Source: a virus (taxonomy: Duplodnaviria; Caudoviricetes). From it: a stretch of DNA of 64,000 nt. The number at the start of each line of letters is the position of its first letter. The stretch's first letter is position 1. The notes under the pieces were generated by a model that was not told where the DNA came from, did no database searches, and saw nothing but the letters and a program-made list of their open reading frames with translations. The stretch lies in the IMG/VR virus record IMGVR_UViG_3300035556_000130, positions 6,281 to 70,280 of that record; one strand, 5' to 3'. Below, piece after piece: positions 58,478-64,000 of the stretch. The position numbers and the translations under genes are program-made.

Positions 58478-58678
58478 TCACTTTGGGCCGGAGTTCATTG
58501 CCTGACTTCGGCTTACTCTCCTTGATACCCGTCGATTATGAGCACGGATACCATCGATGAGCAGCTTGCGGATTACTTCGCCGGCTGGTTTGTCTTCGGC
58601 CAGCGCGATATCTTGTATCACGCGATGGGTTTCACGGTCGCACCTGACACATATGGTGTTTTCTAGTTTTTTGCGCAT
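58478..58678 (-). CDS. Ribbon-helix-helix regulator
   Basis: NTICVRCDRETHRVIQDIALAEDKPAGEVIRKLL. Confidence 0.7.
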   Translation of the reverse strand: MRKKLENTICVRCDRETHRVIQDIALAEDKPAGEVIRKLLIDGIRAHNRRVSRRVSRSQAMNSGPK

Positions 58679-58791
58679 AACCGATGGATAGTATTTTTGG
58701 GTATATTAAGTTTGCGCATGTAATACATCTTTGCCGTGCGCAACGCTTATATAGTATGCAATATTTGTAAGATGATATTGGAGACAGAGGT

Positions 58792-59193
58792 GTGCCATAT
58801 ATGCAAGAGAAAAAGATAAAGATGTTTGATGCCGAAGATGATGATTTTGTAGCGTGCCTGCAAGCGATTGGTGTTGAAAAGAAGCAGGCCAAGGTCCTGG
58901 CATTTTTCAGGGTTGAAAAAGCAGGTACTTCACGTGACCTGGAACAGATAACTAATCTACGCCAGCCAGAAGTAAGCCTTGCGGTAACCTCCCTGAGGAA
59001 ACGCGGCTTTATTAACGCCGAACAAATCTCGCCAAAGACCAAGCGGGGCCAATACCCCAACAAGTACTCTCTAAACATACCCTTGGAGGATATCATAAAA
59101 TACTTCTGGGACGATGCATTAAAAGAATGGGGTAAGAAGATGGACATGTACAAGAAGTTGCTGAAATATGAAATTCGTCCTTTCTCCGATTAA
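58792..59193 (+). CDS. COG4738-type archaeal HTH transcription regulator
   Basis: TSRDLEQITNLRQPEVSLAV..LRKRGFI. Confidence 0.8.
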   Translation: MPYMQEKKIKMFDAEDDDFVACLQAIGVEKKQAKVLAFFRVEKAGTSRDLEQITNLRQPEVSLAVTSLRKRGFINAEQISPKTKRGQYPNKYSLNIPLEDIIKYFWDDALKEWGKKMDMYKKLLKYEIRPFSD

Positions 59194-59443
59194 AAAGCCA
59201 AACTGCAACTATTTGGTAAAACAAACCAAGGGGGCCGTGTTGTTGGTGCTGATGGACGGCGGGGAACAAGTTCCATATTGGGTCCCAAAGTCCCAGGCCA
59301 AACTTGGCAAACGAGATGTGATTAGAATTATAAAAGGAAAACCGGAAGTTGTTGACCAGGTTCACGAGGTAACCATCACAGATTGGTGGTGGTCGAGAAG
59401 AGAACCTGCAAAACCCATGGGAACCGGGAGGTGGTCGAAATAA
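59168..59443 (+). CDS. Hypothetical protein, 91 aa
   Basis: TKGAVLL...YWVPKSQ pattern seen in phage proteins. Confidence 0.6.
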   Translation: MKFVLSPIKKPNCNYLVKQTKGAVLLVLMDGGEQVPYWVPKSQAKLGKRDVIRIIKGKPEVVDQVHEVTITDWWWSRREPAKPMGTGRWSK

Positions 59444-59560
59444 AGTACATGCTCAAGCTTGTAATTGAAGGAGATTTCCCAGGATCGCCAGATCAGGAAT
59501 CTATGGAGATATCTGAAGCTGAATATAACCAAGTGTGGAACGAATTTTTCAGGAAGGACA

Positions 59561-59935
59561 ATGAATAGACTATTTTTTATTCTGTTCCTACTGACAAGTT
59601 TGTCTTGTGGGTCACTTGAATCGGATATTGCGAACATATATATGCCGCCATATATCAGTGGTGTTTGGGATTGCAGTGAGATGTCGTTTTATCTTCAACA
59701 CAAGCTTGAAGAGCTTGGATATAACGCTCAGGTGGCCCAGACGATCGGCGATCCAGGGCATTCATGGGTGATGGTGATCACGGACACCAAAGTAATAACA
59801 GTTGAGGCCACATTGATGAAAATCATGCCTTTCCGAAGTGACTGGGATAAGCTTTTTAGGAATGCCACTGATGCTATGAATCATTGCGTACCAGAATCAG
59901 AAGTGGATTGGTGGAATTATGACGCGATCAAGTGA
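59561..59935 (+). CDS. Secreted or lipoprotein transglutaminase/papain-like protein
   Basis: Signal/lipobox-like LTSLSC; WDCSEMS and GHSWVMV. Confidence 0.65.
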   Translation: MNRLFFILFLLTSLSCGSLESDIANIYMPPYISGVWDCSEMSFYLQHKLEELGYNAQVAQTIGDPGHSWVMVITDTKVITVEATLMKIMPFRSDWDKLFRNATDAMNHCVPESEVDWWNYDAIK

Positions 59936-60110
59936 ATACGAAAAGCCGCCCAATATTACAAAGGAGATGTCAGATGAGATTGATAAGAATACCAAAAAAC
60001 CCGGTAAGGAGTATAAAAATATGCTCAAAGCTCCTATATTGAACAAACCGGCAAAGACAAAGCTTAAATCCGAGGACATATTTATAGAACAACAGAGGTT
60101 GAAGAAATGA
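59919..60110 (+). CDS. Small basic hypothetical protein
   Basis: Overlaps both neighbours. Confidence 0.4.
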   Translation: MTRSSEYEKPPNITKEMSDEIDKNTKKPGKEYKNMLKAPILNKPAKTKLKSEDIFIEQQRLKK

Positions 60111-60844
60111 GAAAATACATTTTGATGTTGATGGCGATCTTTCTTGTCGCGGGAATGGCAAATGCTGCGAACTATATGTATGAGAAGTCGTCCATGAAAG
60201 GAGTCGGCATGCTTGAACAGGTCAAAGTTGTTTCAACGCAGCCTGGTTTCGCTGGCCAGAAACTGGTGGAAAGAGTTGCCGGATCTGGTAACGTGGTTGT
60301 CCTTGATGCTGAACTTGAGGCTGAGAGGCAGATGGACAGCGCTGGAAATGCATTTAATTGCACTTTTCCCAACAACTGCGTGATGGATTATATCAATTAC
60401 ACCAAGGAAGCTGAGTTCGAGTACATGCCGGTCTCTTACCAGACTGGACAGTATGACGCAAAGTGGGTAGACAAGCTCTGTGTCCAGAATTACAAGATTG
60501 GCGCGGTGATGACCGAAATGTATGCTCATTCCGAGCATCTGGTTAGGGATACCGAGGTCAAGACCAGAGGATACGGCAGCTGCGTGACGGATTGTTGCAC
60601 TGGAGTCCTTGAGGCCAATATCAACAGCAATGTCATAGGGGCCGCGCATATTGGATGGATGTCTAGAGACCCTGTTGGAAGCGATGCTCTCAAGGGGAGA
60701 CATGCCGAATACGGGAGGTCAGTTGATGATATGACCGGGGTGTTCTCAATAAATAAGTTTATACAGCTCTGGGGCAATAGTTCGTGCAGCTCAATCTCGG
60801 TCGATTGGCTTCCATGCCTCGCTGCATTGCGATTAATTGGTTAG
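60107..60844 (+). CDS. Secreted protein resembling a Methanothrix exported-protein family
   Basis: Signal peptide MRKYILMLMAIFLVAGMANA; C-terminal EYGRSV.D.TGVFSI.KFIQLW..S....I..DWLPC recalled from Methanothrix proteins. Confidence 0.6.
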   Translation: MRKYILMLMAIFLVAGMANAANYMYEKSSMKGVGMLEQVKVVSTQPGFAGQKLVERVAGSGNVVVLDAELEAERQMDSAGNAFNCTFPNNCVMDYINYTKEAEFEYMPVSYQTGQYDAKWVDKLCVQNYKIGAVMTEMYAHSEHLVRDTEVKTRGYGSCVTDCCTGVLEANINSNVIGAAHIGWMSRDPVGSDALKGRHAEYGRSVDDMTGVFSINKFIQLWGNSSCSSISVDWLPCLAALRLIG

Positions 60845-60897
60845 AACAAACAGTTTTGGGGCAAAAGGTTTTTATGTTTTGACCCCAATAATCTTTT

Positions 60898-61647
60898 ATG
60901 CAAGACGGAACAAAAGTGTGTGCAGACTGTGGAAAACGACTTCCTATCGATGATTTCTACAAAAGCAAAAACTGCAAAGACGGTCATGCGTATATCTGTA
61001 AAACGGACGCAAAGAGGCGTGAAGAAGAACGACGAAGAAAGAGAGGAGTCCCGATAAAGAATCCAAATCGCATAAGTGCTGATATGAAAAAATGCGCAAA
61101 ATGTGGCATGGTAAAACCAATATCAGATTTCTATAAAAGAAAAGATAGACAAGATTGTTACAAGTCGGTATGTATAACATGCGCAAGAAACAGAGCTGAA
61201 CAAAAAAGAAGAGAAAATGGTGTACCATCTTATACCGAAAACACACGATGCACGGCATATCTTGGAATCCATGTAGCAGAACGAATATTATCACGCATAT
61301 TTAAAAATGTGATAAGGATGCAAATGGGAAACAAAGGATACGATTTCATATGTAGTAGGGGATACAAGATAGACGTAAAATCTTCAACAATAAACACAAA
61401 CGGAAGATGGCAATTTGACATAGGAAACAATAAAATGGCAGACTTTTTCTTGTGTCTGGCATTTGATAACAGAGATAATCTAAACCCGGAGCATCTATGG
61501 TTGATACCAGGGAATGCGATAAATGATAAAAAATACATAACGACGTGTAGAAGTACAGCAAACAAATGGTCCCAATGGGAGAGACCAATCGAGGAAGTAG
61601 TTTCGTGTTGTAACGCGATGAAACAAACCAACAACAATATAACCTAA
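60898..61647 (+). CDS. Putative homing-type endonuclease: two Zn ribbons plus PD-(D/E)xK domain
   Basis: K.C..CG...PI.DFYK x2; GYDF...KIDVKSS. Confidence 0.7.
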   Translation: MQDGTKVCADCGKRLPIDDFYKSKNCKDGHAYICKTDAKRREEERRRKRGVPIKNPNRISADMKKCAKCGMVKPISDFYKRKDRQDCYKSVCITCARNRAEQKRRENGVPSYTENTRCTAYLGIHVAERILSRIFKNVIRMQMGNKGYDFICSRGYKIDVKSSTINTNGRWQFDIGNNKMADFFLCLAFDNRDNLNPEHLWLIPGNAINDKKYITTCRSTANKWSQWERPIEEVVSCCNAMKQTNNNIT

Positions 61648-61665
61648 GAACGTAAGGAATAAATC

Positions 61666-62127
61666 ATGCCCGAAGAAACAATTGTTGAAGAAGTTGCCGA
61701 AGAGGATTTCCTCGAAGGAATATGCCAGTTTCCCGCAGAAGTAAACCGCAAACCCAGCAGGATTCAGATTGCGTCGCCCTTTATAAGCTTCGGCGATCTG
61801 ATAAAATCCCTGATTGTTGCTACCCCAGATGGACCAAAGGAGATTCCCTACATACCCGGTGCACAGGAGAAGGTTATCGGCTTTATAAAGGACCAGTTGA
61901 CCATAGACTTTCTCCAGTCAACCTATGGTGATCGTGGTATCCTGGTAGCGTCTCCAGCAGACCCAGTAACGCCCATGACTATCAAGGAATGGGAAGCTCA
62001 GTATGGAACAGATCCGATAGCTCTGGTCCTCATGATGAGGCTCTGGTGGAATGTAAGTGGCGGCGTAAAAACTACAAAACCTGCTACATCTGGCGATATC
62101 GTATATAAAAAGCTCAGCCGCTACTGA
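61666..62127 (+). CDS. Hypothetical protein, 153 aa
   Basis: AAGGA upstream; T-tract downstream. Confidence 0.7.
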   Translation: MPEETIVEEVAEEDFLEGICQFPAEVNRKPSRIQIASPFISFGDLIKSLIVATPDGPKEIPYIPGAQEKVIGFIKDQLTIDFLQSTYGDRGILVASPADPVTPMTIKEWEAQYGTDPIALVLMMRLWWNVSGGVKTTKPATSGDIVYKKLSRY

Positions 62128-62143
62128 GCACCTTTTTTTTGGA

Positions 62144-62413
62144 GTGATTTTCATGACCTACAGAGTCTATTCCACCAAATCCTGCCCCAAATGCGAGCAG
62201 CTCAAAGCAGCTCTTGTCAAGGCGGGCATCGCTTTTGAGAACATCGATATGGGCACTCCCGAGGCTCTCACCGAGCTGCGCATAAACGGGGTGTTTGCAT
62301 TGTCTGCTCCTGTTCTTCAGATAGACGATAATTTTTATACTATTGATGACCTTTTTAACAGCCAAGGTGATTTAAACGAGAATCATATTGTACCCGGTAA
62401 ACCTGGCAACTGA
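62144..62413 (+). CDS. Glutaredoxin/NrdH-like protein
   Basis: YSTKSCPKCEQLK...APVLQID. Confidence 0.85.
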   Translation: MIFMTYRVYSTKSCPKCEQLKAALVKAGIAFENIDMGTPEALTELRINGVFALSAPVLQIDDNFYTIDDLFNSQGDLNENHIVPGKPGN

Positions 62414-62518
62414 GTCAACTCTTGGTGATATCAAAACCACGATTGAGACGTTGCAATCGGACAATGCGGCCATGAAAGCAGACATTGCAGCTATCAAAGC
62501 CATTCTGGAGAGCTGAGT

Positions 62519-63670
62519 ATGGGATTTTTGAATCGATTACCGGCAAGGCAAGATGCATATTATAGCCGGAACAGAATGTGGAAAAATCGTGGTAATTCCA
62601 CAGCAGCCGACAGGAGAACTCTGGTCAGCCCATCACATCTACTAGTAAACATTGGCGGGGCTGGTCCGCACGCGTATGAGCTTGAAGCCGCTGTAGAAAT
62701 GGATCTGAATGTGTCAGCTAATTGGGATACGTTGACACCAGATTACACAGTTGCGGCAAATCGAGCCGGCAAGGACTTCTATGTCTATGCCTGCGTCCCT
62801 GTGAGCGGTTATGCACCCGACCTGATCCTTTCTGCCGCGACAACGTTTCCAGCTGGCTATACGGCAGACAACTCAAGAAAGATCGGCGGGTTCCACTGTG
62901 AATGTGCGGATGTGGGCACAATCTCCGGTCATCCTCTCACCGGCTACCTGGCGGGAGATATCATTCCCAGGTCTTGCTGGGACCTTTCCCATAGGTCAGC
63001 CGGCGCACAGGCCGGGATGGTTTGGGCTGGAAAGACAGATTTCGACAGCCTAGCAGGACCTAAGATTTGGGTCGCCCTCTACCTGGCATCTGGCACCGGA
63101 TCGAGCACGGTTTCCGCCAACGGAGCTCCGATCTCAGATAATCGCAATTGGATGGATTTCGCGGACGACTTCGCCGCGATCGGTTGCAGGATGCTTGAAG
63201 ACGACGAGTTCCAGGCTATAGCCGCTGGCAGCAACGAAGAAACCAACATTGCCGGATCTGTCGATCTCGGTATCACTGGTGGCCATATCGACACGGCTGG
63301 CAGGCGAATGATCAGCAACATTGGCTGCGAGGACTGCTGTGGTGTAATGTGGCAGTGGCTCAGGACTCAAAGCTATCGGTTCGACGGAGCAACGAACCAT
63401 ACTCACCAGGTAGCGGTGTCCGGCGATCCGGAAACCGTGACCTCGGGCAACCCCTCTAACGATGTCGCTCAGGTATTCGCATACTACGATCTGCCAGGCG
63501 CGAAGGGCAGCATCTACAAGCAAGGAACCTACGGCGATATCAAGCTGCTCGCGGGCGGTTCTTGGACGACTGCTACGTATTCGGGTTCCCGGTCGCGGTC
63601 TGCGATTTACGGCTATCGCTGGCGCATTATTTCGTATATCGGCGGCCGCTCTTGCGCGGAGCTTGCGTAG
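62519..63670 (+). CDS. mtd: DGR target protein, Mtd-like receptor-binding protein (C-type lectin fold)
   Basis: Colinear with Bordetella phage Mtd motifs: KDFYVYAC, PAGYTADNSRKIGGFH, SCWDL, EFQAIAAGSNE, GVMWQW, LLAGGSW...SGSR; variable region at the C-terminus. Confidence 0.9.
   Translation: MGFLNRLPARQDAYYSRNRMWKNRGNSTAADRRTLVSPSHLLVNIGGAGPHAYELEAAVEMDLNVSANWDTLTPDYTVAANRAGKDFYVYACVPVSGYAPDLILSAATTFPAGYTADNSRKIGGFHCECADVGTISGHPLTGYLAGDIIPRSCWDLSHRSAGAQAGMVWAGKTDFDSLAGPKIWVALYLASGTGSSTVSANGAPISDNRNWMDFADDFAAIGCRMLEDDEFQAIAAGSNEETNIAGSVDLGITGGHIDTAGRRMISNIGCEDCCGVMWQWLRTQSYRFDGATNHTHQVAVSGDPETVTSGNPSNDVAQVFAYYDLPGAKGSIYKQGTYGDIKLLAGGSWTTATYSGSRSRSAIYGYRWRIISYIGGRSCAELA
63544..63660 (+). repeat. 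DGR variable repeat (VR)
   Basis: 117-bp gapless match to 63732-63848 with 23 mismatches, all opposite TR adenines. Confidence 0.97.
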
Positions 63671-63731
63671 TCGGAGGTCGGAAGTCGAGAATTATGGTAA
63701 CAACATCTGTTACGGGTTGGGTGGGTCTTAC

Positions 63732-63848
63732 GCTGCTCGCGGGCAGTAATTGGACGAATGCTACGAATTCAGGTTCCCAGTCACGGAATGCGAATAACAG
63801 CTATCACTGGAACATTAATTCGAATATCAGCAGCCGCACTTGCACAGA
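63732..63848 (+). ncRNA. DGR template repeat (TR)
   Basis: 35 adenines, rich in AAT/AAC codons; invariant non-A positions relative to VR. Confidence 0.95.
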
Positions 63849-63975
63849 TCCAGGAAAATGCGGAGAGCAACTCCTGGCTGGACTCGCTAACCTTGTCTTA
63901 GAACAGGCAAAACACACAACGGAGGAGATGGGCAGCTAGTACCTGGCGGGAACGTTGCCTATCTCAAAAATCAAC

Positions 63976-64000
63976 ATGAAACGTCACGGCTGCCTTTTCG
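63976..64000 (+). CDS. Start of the DGR reverse transcriptase (truncated by the window)
   Basis: ATG AAA CGT CAC GGC TGC CTT TTC = MKRHGCLF, like the MKRxGNL(F/Y) N-terminus of DGR RTs, 127 nt after TR. Confidence 0.65.

Noticed and set aside
63694-63939. 83-aa ORF spanning TR as a protein gene or Avd
   Set aside because: It is the Asn-rich translation of TR, lacks the helical basic character of Avd, and TRs are usually open in the target frame
1-64000. tRNA/rRNA genes, integrase or att sites, terminase/portal/tail genes
   Set aside because: None recognised by eye; a tRNAscan-SE and HMM run is needed to exclude divergent copies

Overview
The whole window looks like part of one large (>64 kb) archaeal virus or provirus. 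No host housekeeping genes, rRNA, tRNA, CRISPR, terminase, portal, HK97 capsid, tail or integrase genes were recognised. Host-type genes (MC1 chromatin protein, DUF1699, COG4738-type regulator, glutaredoxin, NrdG, Methanothrix-like secreted protein) point to a Methanosarcinales/Methanotrichales host (inference). Modules from left to right: family B DNA polymerase (cut by the window edge) and ERCC4 nuclease; a 3,147-aa protein flanked by two staphylococcal-nuclease genes; a structural block with two candidate jelly-roll capsid proteins and several adhesin/depolymerase genes; about 20 kb of small minus-strand genes (MC1, Sak4-like ATPase, paralogue families) split by a 2.1-kb non-coding region; a TnpB-only IS200/IS605-type element with four smaller relatives scattered through the window; an iteron-like array next to a primase-helicase; and, at the right edge, a diversity-generating retroelement (Mtd-like target, 117-bp VR/TR pair with 23 differences, all at TR adenines, and the first codons of the RT). 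Most notable: the DGR in an apparently tailless methanogen virus, likely non-AUG starts (ACG, ATA) on both core replication genes, the nested series of IS605-derived miniature elements, and a viral MC1 with a histone-H1-like tail. All family assignments come from motif recognition by eye; no database search was run.
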